NCBI GenBank assembly: GCA_963809895.1
Contig: CAWELD010000010.1
Span: forward strand, 416,001-480,000
Reading direction: 5' to 3'
DNA: 64,000 nt
Origin: an uncultured Gemmatimonadales bacterium
GTDB taxonomy: Bacteria; Gemmatimonadota; Gemmatimonadetes; Longimicrobiales; Gaopeijiaceae
The notes beneath the pieces were generated by a model. That model saw nothing but the letters and a program-made list of their open reading frames with translations. It was not told the origin of the DNA and did no database searches. Positions 40,025 through 48,538 of this stretch are shown piece by piece (within the stretch, counting starts at the first letter, position 1; each line of letters opens with the position of its first letter). A program made the position numbers and the translations under genes.

Positions 40025-41086
40025 ATGATGCGCCGTTGTCTTTTCTGCCATAAGCCGTTTCCCGAGAACGGCGTCTTCCAGCACATGCCACTGTCCCGGC
40101 GGATCGCCTTCGATCCGGTGCGGGGCCGTCTGTGGGCGGTGTGCGGGCGCTGTTATCGGTGGACGCTGGTACCCATGGAGGATCGGGACGCGGCGCTCTA
40201 CGAGATGGAGCGGGCGGTCCACGACCGGGCGGTGCCGGTTGCCCACACCGCCCACGTTGCTCTCCTTCGCCTCGAGCAGGTTCTCCTGATCCGGGTGGCG
40301 GATGCGGGGCTGGCCGAGCAGGCGTGGTGGCGCTACGGCCGGGAGCTGCGGCGCCGACGGAGCGCCTTCGACAGCGCGGGATCGCGCCTCACCGCCTACA
40401 CGTACGGCGCCCTGGCCTTCGTGGGCGAGATCATGGGGCTCGGCGACCCCGAGGTCCCCATCGACTGGGACGACACCCCGGTGCAGGACATCCTGCGCTG
40501 GCGCCGCTTCGGATGGGCTGCGTGGCACGGGCGGGTGACGTGCCCCTACTGCAACTCCACCCTCACCGCCCTGCGCTACGACCTGTCCTGGTGGGTCTAC
40601 CCTCTGCAGGGTCGGGACGGGCGACTGGCGGTGGGGGTACCGTGCCCGCGCTGCGATCCCTGGACCCCCGCCAACGTCTACCGCATCGAGGGTGATCAGG
40701 CGGAGAACGTGCTGCGCCGGTGCCTGGCCTACCAGAACATCTCGGGAGCCAGCGAAGGGTTGATCCGTGACGCCGCCCGCGTCATCGAGGACGCCGGCTC
40801 CGTGGGCGAGTTCGCGCTGGAGGCCACCACACGGCGCCAGTGCCTGTGGAAGATGGGCCCTTCGGGCGCCGTGGCGCTGGAGATCGCGTTGAGCGAGTCC
40901 GTGGAGCAGCGGATGCTGGATCTGGAGATGCGGGCCATCGAGTTCCTGTGGAAGCAGGAGGAAGAGCTCGCCCGGATCATCGACGAGGAGCTCACGCCGC
41001 GGCGGATCCTCGAAGCGCACCTCCGGCGCCTGCCCATTCGGCTGGGCAGTCGCCGCACGCCGCACATCCTGGCCGACCCCGGCTGA
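40025..41086 (+). CDS. Hypothetical protein with four CxxC motifs (two putative Zn ribbons)
   Basis: CLFC, CGRC, CPYC, CPRC; GGAGG RBS; C-terminal acidic helix WKQEEELARIID. Confidence 0.8.
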   Translation: MMRRCLFCHKPFPENGVFQHMPLSRRIAFDPVRGRLWAVCGRCYRWTLVPMEDRDAALYEMERAVHDRAVPVAHTAHVALLRLEQVLLIRVADAGLAEQAWWRYGRELRRRRSAFDSAGSRLTAYTYGALAFVGEIMGLGDPEVPIDWDDTPVQDILRWRRFGWAAWHGRVTCPYCNSTLTALRYDLSWWVYPLQGRDGRLAVGVPCPRCDPWTPANVYRIEGDQAENVLRRCLAYQNISGASEGLIRDAARVIEDAGSVGEFALEATTRRQCLWKMGPSGAVALEIALSESVEQRMLDLEMRAIEFLWKQEEELARIIDEELTPRRILEAHLRRLPIRLGSRRTPHILADPG

Positions 41087-41198
41087 GGGTTGCCGCGGCC
41101 GCCACGCGGGTGGCGGAATGGGCATGGCACGGGCGATTTGCAAGATAAATTCAAGCGCTCGAAGGGGGATCCCAGGGTCATCCGTGGGGTCCCTGATG

Positions 41199-41214
41199 GG
41201 GCACGGAGTTTGCA
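41199..41214 (+). promoter_or_regulatory. Sigma54 (-24/-12) promoter candidate
   Basis: GGGCACG-GAGT-TTGCA matches TGGCACG-N4-TTGCW except the first base; canonical GG/GC spacing. Confidence 0.55.
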
Positions 41215-41340
41215 GCGGTCTTCCCCTCGGCATTGCCGCAGGCCGACGTCCGGGCGTCACGCGTCCGTGCGTCCATGCTGCGACAATGCCGTCCTGTCGC
41301 CATGTTCCGAGACATTTCCGGGTCCATCTGGAGGCCTTTC

Positions 41341-44310
41341 TTGACTCGCTCACATCCTCGTTCCGGCGTCCTGCTTGCCCTGGCCCTGCTCACGGCCGTC
41401 GTCGGATGTGACAAGAAGAGCACCACCACTCCCAATCGTCCTCCGGACACGCCGACCATCGGGTCGCCGAGCTCCGGGGCGACCTTCGTCCCGGGCACCG
41501 CGATCCAGTTCCAGGGATCGGCGTCGGATCCGGAAGACGGGAATCTCTCGGGTGTCCAGCTCGTCTGGACCAGCAGCATCGACGGGCAGATCGGAACGGG
41601 CGCCTCGTTCAGCCGGAACGACCTGTCGGAGGGCACGCACACCATCACGCTGCGCGCGACGGACTCCGACGGAGCCAGCAGGACGGCCACCGTGTCCATC
41701 ACCGTGGCCAACGAGGCTCCGGTGGCGACCATCAGCCAGCCGGCCGACAACGCCAGCTTCGGCATCGGCGAGTCCATCGACTTCCAGGGCTCGGCCACCG
41801 ATGCCGAGGACGGGGCGCTCAGCGGTGGCGATCTGGTCTGGACCAGCAACATCGACGGCCAGATCGGCACCGGCGGCAGCTTCTCCCGGGCCGACCTCTC
41901 GGAGGGCACGCACACGATCACCCTGACCGCCACTGACAGCCAGGGTAAGACCGGCCAGGCCACGGTGACCATCACCGTGGAGAATCAGGCGCCGGCCACG
42001 CCGGTCATCTCGGCTCCGGCCGACGGCGGCAGCGCGCAGCTCGGTGCCTCGGTGCAGTTCCAGGGCTCGGCCACGGACCCGGAAGACGGGGTGCTCAGCG
42101 GTGACGATCTGGTGTGGACCAGCGACATCGACGGCGAGATCGGCACCGGTACGTCGTTCTCCACCACCAGCCTGTCGGTGGGCGAGCACACGATCACGCT
42201 GACGGCCACCGACTCCGACGGCCGGACGTCGAGCGCGTCCATCACCTTCACGGTGCTGGCGCCGCCCACGGCGACCATCACCGCACCGGCCGACAACTCC
42301 ACCTTCGCGGTGGGGAGCACCATCGACTTCGAGGGCTCGGGCACCGACGCCGAGGACGGGGCGCTCACCGGCGCCAGCCTGGTCTGGAACAGCTCCATCG
42401 ACGGTGATTTCGGCACCGGCGAGACGGTGAGCCTCGCGACGCTGTCGGCGGGCACGCACACCGTCACCCTGACGGCCACCGACTCCGACGGCCTCACCGG
42501 GACGGCCACCATCACGGTGGTGGTGCAGACGCTGGGCTCGCCCACGGCCGTCATCACGTCGCCGGCCAACAACTCGGCCTTCGCGCCGGGGCAGGCGGTC
42601 ACCTTCCAGGGCTCGGCCACCGATCCCGAAGACGGCGCGCTCACGGGCGCGAGCCTGGTGTGGACCAGCAACCTCGACGGCCAGATCGGCACCGGCATCT
42701 CGTTCTCCACGGCCGGGCTGTCGGTGGGTACGCACACCGTGACCCTGACGGCCACGGACAGTGATTCCCAGACCGGCACCGCGGTGGTGACGGTGATCAT
42801 CTCGGCGCCGCCCGCGGCCTCCATCACCTCGCCCACCGGCGGCTCCACCTTCTCCGCCGGCGCGTCGGTGTCCTTCCAGGGTTCGGCGACGGATCCTGAA
42901 GACGGCGCGCTCACCGGGTCGAGCCTGGTGTGGTCCAGCAGCCGGGACGGACAGATCGGGACCGGGGAGTCCTTCAGCAGCTCCAGCCTGTCGGTGGGCG
43001 TTCACGTCATCACGCTGGCCGCCACCGACTCCAACGGTCAGGTCGGCACCGCGCAGGTCAGCATCACCATCAATCCCGCCGGAAGCCCACCGGTGGTGAG
43101 CATCACGGCGCCTGGCGATGGCTCGACGGCGGTGCTGGGTGCCTCGGTCGGCTTCACCGGAACGGCCACCGACACCGAGGACGGGAACATCGCGGCCAGC
43201 CTGTCCTGGAGCAGCAACAAGGACGGGGCGATCGGCACGGGGGCCTCGTTCAGCACCAGCTCGCTCACGGTGGGCACGCACACCATTACCGCCTCGGTGA
43301 CCGACTCCGACGGCTGGATGGTGACCGATCAGATCACGCTCACGATCCTGAGTCCGCCCACGGCCAGCATCAGCGCTCCGGCGAACAACGCCACCGTGAC
43401 GGCCGGCGCATCGACCACCTTCATCGGGTCGGCGAGCGATCCCGAAGACGGCGCTTTGACCGGCGCGAGCCTGGTCTGGGTCAGCGACAAGGACGGCCAG
43501 ATCGGCACCGGCACCTCGTTCTCCACCTCGTCGCTCTCGCTGGGCGCCCACGTCATCACCCTGACCGCCACCGACTCGGACGGTCTGACGGACGACGCGG
43601 TCGTCAACATCACCGTGAACGACGCGCCCACGGCGACGATCACGGCGCCGGCAAACGGGGCGTCGTACAACGAGGGTGACAACGTCAGCTTCACCGGGAC
43701 GGGTTCGGATACGGAAGACAGTGCCGGGAGTCTGACCCTGTCCTGGAGCAGCAGCATCGATGGTGTTCTGGGGACCGGCACCTCGCTCAGCACCAGTTCG
43801 TTGTCGGCCGGCACGCACACCATCACGCTGACAGTCACGGACACTCAGGGTGGCACAGACACGGATCAGATCACGATCACGGTGAACTCGACCTCCAGCC
43901 CGATCGTGGTCGAGGTCGGAGCGACGGCGTCGTCGACCATCAACGTCGGCGAGCAGAAGGTCCTTCCCATCGTGGTGGACATGACCAATGCCGCGGGCCG
44001 CGACGTGGCGACGCTGAACCTGAAGATCACCTGGGATACGGGGGTCGCGACCTACGTGTCGGCGACCAACGCGGTCGGCTCTGGACTCGCTTCGAAGAAC
44101 GAGGGGAGCGTGGGCAGCGGCGAGCTCACTCTGGGGTGGATCGACACCAGCGGCCAGACGAGCACCTTCACCGCCTGGAACGTGACGCTCGAGGGCGCGG
44201 GGTCGGGTTCGACCACCGTCACCGTGCAGGTGGTGGAGATCAAGGACGAGACGGCCACGGATCTGTCCGGTGACACCGGAACCCGCAATCACATTCTTAC
44301 GGTGAACTGA
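41341..44310 (+). CDS. Surface lipoprotein with nine tandem Ig/PKD-like repeats and a C-terminal cohesin-like domain
   Basis: TTG start after GGAGG; lipobox TAVVG-C; 9 repeats of about 90 aa (FxGSATDPEDG...LVWxSxxDGxIGTG...LSxGTHTITLTATDSDG); C-terminal VGEQKVLPIVVD...VATLNLKITWDTGVATYVS...GELTLGW. Confidence 0.85.
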   Translation: MTRSHPRSGVLLALALLTAVVGCDKKSTTTPNRPPDTPTIGSPSSGATFVPGTAIQFQGSASDPEDGNLSGVQLVWTSSIDGQIGTGASFSRNDLSEGTHTITLRATDSDGASRTATVSITVANEAPVATISQPADNASFGIGESIDFQGSATDAEDGALSGGDLVWTSNIDGQIGTGGSFSRADLSEGTHTITLTATDSQGKTGQATVTITVENQAPATPVISAPADGGSAQLGASVQFQGSATDPEDGVLSGDDLVWTSDIDGEIGTGTSFSTTSLSVGEHTITLTATDSDGRTSSASITFTVLAPPTATITAPADNSTFAVGSTIDFEGSGTDAEDGALTGASLVWNSSIDGDFGTGETVSLATLSAGTHTVTLTATDSDGLTGTATITVVVQTLGSPTAVITSPANNSAFAPGQAVTFQGSATDPEDGALTGASLVWTSNLDGQIGTGISFSTAGLSVGTHTVTLTATDSDSQTGTAVVTVIISAPPAASITSPTGGSTFSAGASVSFQGSATDPEDGALTGSSLVWSSSRDGQIGTGESFSSSSLSVGVHVITLAATDSNGQVGTAQVSITINPAGSPPVVSITAPGDGSTAVLGASVGFTGTATDTEDGNIAASLSWSSNKDGAIGTGASFSTSSLTVGTHTITASVTDSDGWMVTDQITLTILSPPTASISAPANNATVTAGASTTFIGSASDPEDGALTGASLVWVSDKDGQIGTGTSFSTSSLSLGAHVITLTATDSDGLTDDAVVNITVNDAPTATITAPANGASYNEGDNVSFTGTGSDTEDSAGSLTLSWSSSIDGVLGTGTSLSTSSLSAGTHTITLTVTDTQGGTDTDQITITVNSTSSPIVVEVGATASSTINVGEQKVLPIVVDMTNAAGRDVATLNLKITWDTGVATYVSATNAVGSGLASKNEGSVGSGELTLGWIDTSGQTSTFTAWNVTLEGAGSGSTTVTVQVVEIKDETATDLSGDTGTRNHILTVN
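41437..43887 (+). repeat. Nine intragenic tandem repeats of about 270 bp (Ig/PKD-like modules)
   Basis: Recurring ga(a/g)gacgg, atcggcaccgg and accgactccgacgg segments at about 270-bp period. Confidence 0.9.
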
Positions 44311-44960
44311 TGGGCACCACGTTGAAGCTGGGCGGCCTGACGTTTCTTGCCGCGACGCTCATGATGGCCATGGTGGCGGCGGCGCCGCCCGCCGCGCCCG
44401 CCGTGGGCCCCTCCGGGACGAGCCTCACGTTCATCTTCGATACGTGCGACGGGGGCCTCCTGGGAGACGTGACCGCGGATGGCGCGGTCACGCTGGGTGA
44501 CGCTCAGCAGATTCTCCGCGGCGCCCTGGGGCTCTCGGTGAACAGCTCGGTGGAAGGGCGTCTGCTCACGCACGGCGACGTGGATGACAACGGGTCGGTC
44601 ACCCTCTCCGATGCGCAGCAGGTGCTGCGCTACGTGATCCTGGGAGCCTCATCCGTATCCTACCCGATCGGCCAGAACATCTGTGGAAGCGGCGATGTGG
44701 TGGTCAGGAATCAGACTCAGGGCACGCTTCCGCCGAATCCCTATACCCTCAGTCTGGATGGAGGCACGGCGATCAATCTGCCGCCGGGCTCTCCCACGGA
44801 CCCCGGCTACGCCACCTTCTCGGGAGTGAGTCAGGGGGAGCACACGGTGACCATCGGGAATCTCCAGGGATGTGCGCCGACGGGTGGGGCGCCGGTGTCC
44901 CAGAACTTCACCCTGGGCGCCACTGGCATCCTGGTGAACTTCGCCATCACCTGTCCCTGA
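44310..44960 (+). CDS. Secreted dockerin-domain protein with small C-terminal beta domain
   Basis: Signal peptide; duplicated GDVTADGAVTLGDAQQILR / GDVDDNGSVTLSDAQQVLR; start overlaps the upstream stop (TGATG). Confidence 0.85.
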   Translation: MGTTLKLGGLTFLAATLMMAMVAAAPPAAPAVGPSGTSLTFIFDTCDGGLLGDVTADGAVTLGDAQQILRGALGLSVNSSVEGRLLTHGDVDDNGSVTLSDAQQVLRYVILGASSVSYPIGQNICGSGDVVVRNQTQGTLPPNPYTLSLDGGTAINLPPGSPTDPGYATFSGVSQGEHTVTIGNLQGCAPTGGAPVSQNFTLGATGILVNFAITCP

Positions 44961-44965
44961 CGCCC

Positions 44966-46009
44966 CTACCGCCCCTGGATCCCCGGGTGCCCGTAGACGG
45001 GTGAGTTCATCTCCTGGACGCGCTGGACGTACTCGGCGTCGTTCAGGCCGTTCTGCCAGATCCCGGTGGCGCGGGCGCCGACGTAGCCGGCCAGGAAGAG
45101 GCCGGTGACGGCGGCGGCGTAGGCCAGGGGGCGAACCGGGCGCCGGCCCACCTTCACGGTGAGCGCGCCCTTCACTGGGCACGCGGCCACGCAGTCGAGG
45201 CATCCGGTGCATTCGACGCTGGTCACGGCCCTCGAGCCCGACACGTCGAGCCGGGCGCCACACGCCCGGTCGCACAGGCTGCATCCCACGCAGGCATCGG
45301 CTTCACGCCGGATCTTCGTCGGCGACATCCAGGAGAAGAGTCCCAGGAGCGCGCCGTAGGGGCACAGGTACCGGCACCACAGCCCGCGCACGAAGATGGA
45401 GCCGATCAGCAATCCCCCGGTGACCCAGAGCGCGGTGCGGCCCATGTGGGCGAAGAAGAGCCCCATCTTGAGGTCGGCCACGCGGTTGTAGGGCGACTCG
45501 ATGAAGGCCCGCAGCCCGGCCTCGCCCATGAGCGCGATGGAGCCCAGGAAGAAGGCCATGAGCACGTACTTGAGACTCCTGAGCGGCAGGTCCACCCAGC
45601 GCCAGAAGCGGAAGTTGCGGCCGAAGGACCAGCGGCCGAAGCGCGCCAGCAGCTCCGACAGGAAGCCGATGGGGCACACCCAGGAGCAGAACGACTTCCG
45701 CAGCAGCACGGCCATGAGGATGGCCACCAGGACCAGGACCGTGGCCGCGGGATGGACGGCGTTGAGCGTGCCCTGCCACAGCCAGTCCACGAATCCCATG
45801 ATACCGCTGATGGGAAGGAATCCCTCCACCCCGGCGGGACGCGTGGGCAGCGGCGTGGCGCCGGCCCGGGCCGCGTGATAGAAGCGCGCGAACTGGATGC
45901 CCAACAGGACGCAGGTCAGCGCGAAGACCACCTGCACGACGATGCGGACGCGGAAGCGGCGCTCGGCCTTGCGACCGGTGCGGCCGGCGAGCCAGTGAAC
46001 CAGGGACAT
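44966..46009 (-). CDS. Membrane 4Fe-4S-binding protein (YccM/NapH-like)
   Basis: FCSWVCPIG, WCRYLCPYG, CVGCSLCDRAC, CTGCLDCVAACP; several TM segments. Confidence 0.88.
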   Translation of the reverse strand: MSLVHWLAGRTGRKAERRFRVRIVVQVVFALTCVLLGIQFARFYHAARAGATPLPTRPAGVEGFLPISGIMGFVDWLWQGTLNAVHPAATVLVLVAILMAVLLRKSFCSWVCPIGFLSELLARFGRWSFGRNFRFWRWVDLPLRSLKYVLMAFFLGSIALMGEAGLRAFIESPYNRVADLKMGLFFAHMGRTALWVTGGLLIGSIFVRGLWCRYLCPYGALLGLFSWMSPTKIRREADACVGCSLCDRACGARLDVSGSRAVTSVECTGCLDCVAACPVKGALTVKVGRRPVRPLAYAAAVTGLFLAGYVGARATGIWQNGLNDAEYVQRVQEMNSPVYGHPGIQGR

Positions 46010-46185
46010 GACGGCCTCGACGGGGACAGGAGCCTCCCTGGAAAGATGCCGCCGAGCGTGGACGTGGGCCTGTGGGGAAAGTCCCCGAATCCGGTGTGCG
46101 CCGGAGCCCTACGTGCCCTCCGGGAGGCTACGGATGCCGACCCGCGCAGCCAGGGATGCCCGCCCCGCCCCTCGAGGGTGCTCGG

Positions 46186-47889
46186 CTACGGCTCCACCAC
46201 GTCGAAGTCGAACATCATGCCCGAGTGCAGGTGCTCGGCGATGTGGCAGTGGGCCATCCAGGTGCCGGGATTGGACATCTCCACCAGGAGGTCCACGGTG
46301 GAGCCCACGGGGATGATGGCGGTGTCCTTCCAGACGAGATCGTCGTTGGGCTTCCCGTCGATGGAGGTGACCAGGAACCGCTGCCCGTGGATGTGGAACG
46401 GGTGGTTCATGGGGTGGAAGGACTTGGGATTGTTGAACACCCGGATCTTCACCACGTCGCCCACGTGGAAGGTCCAGTCGATGTCGGCGTTCTCCTTGCC
46501 GGTCTCGCGGTCCCGGAGGATCCAGGTCACCTGCTTCGCCGTGGACAGCCAGTTCATCATGGGCATGGCGTCCATGAACTCCACCGGCGGCACGTAGAGC
46601 GTATCCATCTCCATGGACTGGACGATGGGCACGGGCAGCCCGGACACGCGCACCGTGGTTTCGAGCTCCTTGTCCGGGGCCTTGTCGAAGAGCGGGCGGT
46701 AGCGCTCGATGTCCTGCACCACCGCTTCGTTCTCGCGCAGGGTGGCGAAGGCCTCGGACAGATCGGGCTCGGCCGGCTCGTCGGAGACCGTGATGGTCGC
46801 CAGCGTGTCCACGTGGGGATAGAAGGTGCCGGCGAAGTGATTCACCGCCTGGATGCTGTTGGTGATGGCGAAGTCACCGGGCTCGTCGAACTGCACGTCC
46901 ACCACGTACCGCTCCGCCGGCGCGATGATCACGCTGGGGACCCACTTCTCGCGCTCGTACCGGCCCACGTCCGAGGCGACGACCTTGATCTTGGCGCCAC
47001 CGAACAGGACGTTGAAGGTGCGCGTGTTGGCCACGTCGGTGAGGAAGAAGCGGATCACCTCGCCGCGCTTGGCCGTCAGGTGATAGCCGGTCTGGCCGTT
47101 CACCATCATGACGTTGCCGAAGCGGCCCATGAGCGCGTGGGTGGGCGCGTCCTTGCCCCACGGCAGCAGCCCCTGATCGTCCATGAGGATGTCGTCCAGG
47201 ACGAAGATCTCCTGCCGGTTGGCCGGGCCGTAGTAGTCCGGGTCCGGAGAGGTGACCAGGAGGTTGCCGAAGAGCCCCAGGTCCTGCTGCACGTCCTCGC
47301 GCACGTGGGGGTGATACCAGAACATGCCCGCGTCGGGCACGTTGACCTGGTAGGTGAAGCTCTCGCCCTGCTCGATGGGCTTCTGCGTGATGCCGGGGAC
47401 CCCGTCGAAGCGGTTGTCGATGCGCACCCCGTGCCAGTGGATGGTGGTGGGCATCTGGATCTCGTTGGTGACCTTCACCACCACGGTGCCGCCCTGGGGT
47501 GCCTTGATGAGCGGGCCGGGATACTGCTCGTTGTAGCCGTACATGACCACCTCGTGCCCGGCCAGCGTGCGGCGCACCATGGACACCGCGATGTCCAGCG
47601 TATCCCCGTCACCGAGCTCCACGAGCTCCGACGGCCGGGCCTCGGGCAGCATGGACATGTCCATGCCTTCCATGTCCATCCCCGGCTTGAACGGGTCCAC
47701 CACCGGAACCAATCCCTCGATGCCCGGGAGCATGGGCATGTTGGGATCCATGGGCACCATCCTCCAGCCGCCGGCCATGCTCATGTCGTGCATCATGTGC
47801 ATGGAGCGCTCCTCCTGCGCCGAGGCGCGCGGAGCGAGCGTGAGGAGGAGGACCGGCAGGAGGGCTGTGAAGGGGAGGGCTCGGCGCAT
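46186..47889 (-). CDS. Multicopper oxidase with Met-rich N-terminus
   Basis: HWHG, WYHPH, HPFHIHG, HCHIAEHLHSGM; signal peptide. Confidence 0.93.
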   Translation of the reverse strand: MRRALPFTALLPVLLLTLAPRASAQEERSMHMMHDMSMAGGWRMVPMDPNMPMLPGIEGLVPVVDPFKPGMDMEGMDMSMLPEARPSELVELGDGDTLDIAVSMVRRTLAGHEVVMYGYNEQYPGPLIKAPQGGTVVVKVTNEIQMPTTIHWHGVRIDNRFDGVPGITQKPIEQGESFTYQVNVPDAGMFWYHPHVREDVQQDLGLFGNLLVTSPDPDYYGPANRQEIFVLDDILMDDQGLLPWGKDAPTHALMGRFGNVMMVNGQTGYHLTAKRGEVIRFFLTDVANTRTFNVLFGGAKIKVVASDVGRYEREKWVPSVIIAPAERYVVDVQFDEPGDFAITNSIQAVNHFAGTFYPHVDTLATITVSDEPAEPDLSEAFATLRENEAVVQDIERYRPLFDKAPDKELETTVRVSGLPVPIVQSMEMDTLYVPPVEFMDAMPMMNWLSTAKQVTWILRDRETGKENADIDWTFHVGDVVKIRVFNNPKSFHPMNHPFHIHGQRFLVTSIDGKPNDDLVWKDTAIIPVGSTVDLLVEMSNPGTWMAHCHIAEHLHSGMMFDFDVVEP

Positions 47890-48512
47890 CACTGGTATCC
47901 GTACTTGGCGCACTTTTCCTGCTGGAAGGGCCCGTGCCCCGCCATGGTGTGCATCATGCCGCTCCGGGACATCCCCCGGAAGGCGATGGGGCCCGACCAG
48001 GTCGTCGCGTCGGGATCGTCCGTCGGCTCCAGGGTGACCACCACCAGGAACTTGTTCCAGCTCACCTGGCCGGTGGCCTTCAGGTCGGCGTCCAGGGGGC
48101 CGATGCGTCGGATCTGGTCCACCTGCGGCGTGGTGATCCAGGCCACCAGCGTGCCCTGCGTGGGCGGCTTGAGGTCCGAGATCTGGATGTTCAGGTCGTA
48201 GACGTAGCTGCCGTCGGGAGCCAGAGCCACACCGTAGGGCGAGGGCGCGAAGGTCATGTACGCCATGCCCTCGGCGTGGCCCGAGCCCGGAAGCCGCTTG
48301 GTCGTGACCAACTCCACGGCGTAGTACTCCGACGGGGCCGGATCGATGGCGCACATGGAAGGCGTGGCATCGGCGGTCGCGGGGGATGCCGACGCGGTTT
48401 CGGTCGGTCGTGACGCCGTTGCGGCGCCGGTCGCTGGGGGCGCCGTTGCGGCACCAGCCAGCGCGACGGTACCGAGCAGCGAGGCGGCGATCATGAGTGC
48501 GTTGCGTGCCAT
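47889..48512 (-). CDS. Secreted hypothetical protein coupled to the multicopper oxidase
   Basis: Signal peptide; TGATG overlap with the oxidase start; C-terminal GMMHTMAGHG. Confidence 0.75.
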   Translation of the reverse strand: MARNALMIAASLLGTVALAGAATAPPATGAATASRPTETASASPATADATPSMCAIDPAPSEYYAVELVTTKRLPGSGHAEGMAYMTFAPSPYGVALAPDGSYVYDLNIQISDLKPPTQGTLVAWITTPQVDQIRRIGPLDADLKATGQVSWNKFLVVVTLEPTDDPDATTWSGPIAFRGMSRSGMMHTMAGHGPFQQEKCAKYGYQ

Positions 48513-48538
48513 GGTCGTGTGCTCCGGGGGATTCCGTG

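Noticed and set aside
41350..44292. 980-aa minus-strand ORF
   Set aside because: Antisense shadow of the repeat lipoprotein; stop-codon scarcity at high GC; no motifs
41341..44960. A true cellulosome
   Set aside because: Single cohesin, no CBM3, no catalytic module on the dockerin protein, and no dockerin seen on the glycosidases in this window
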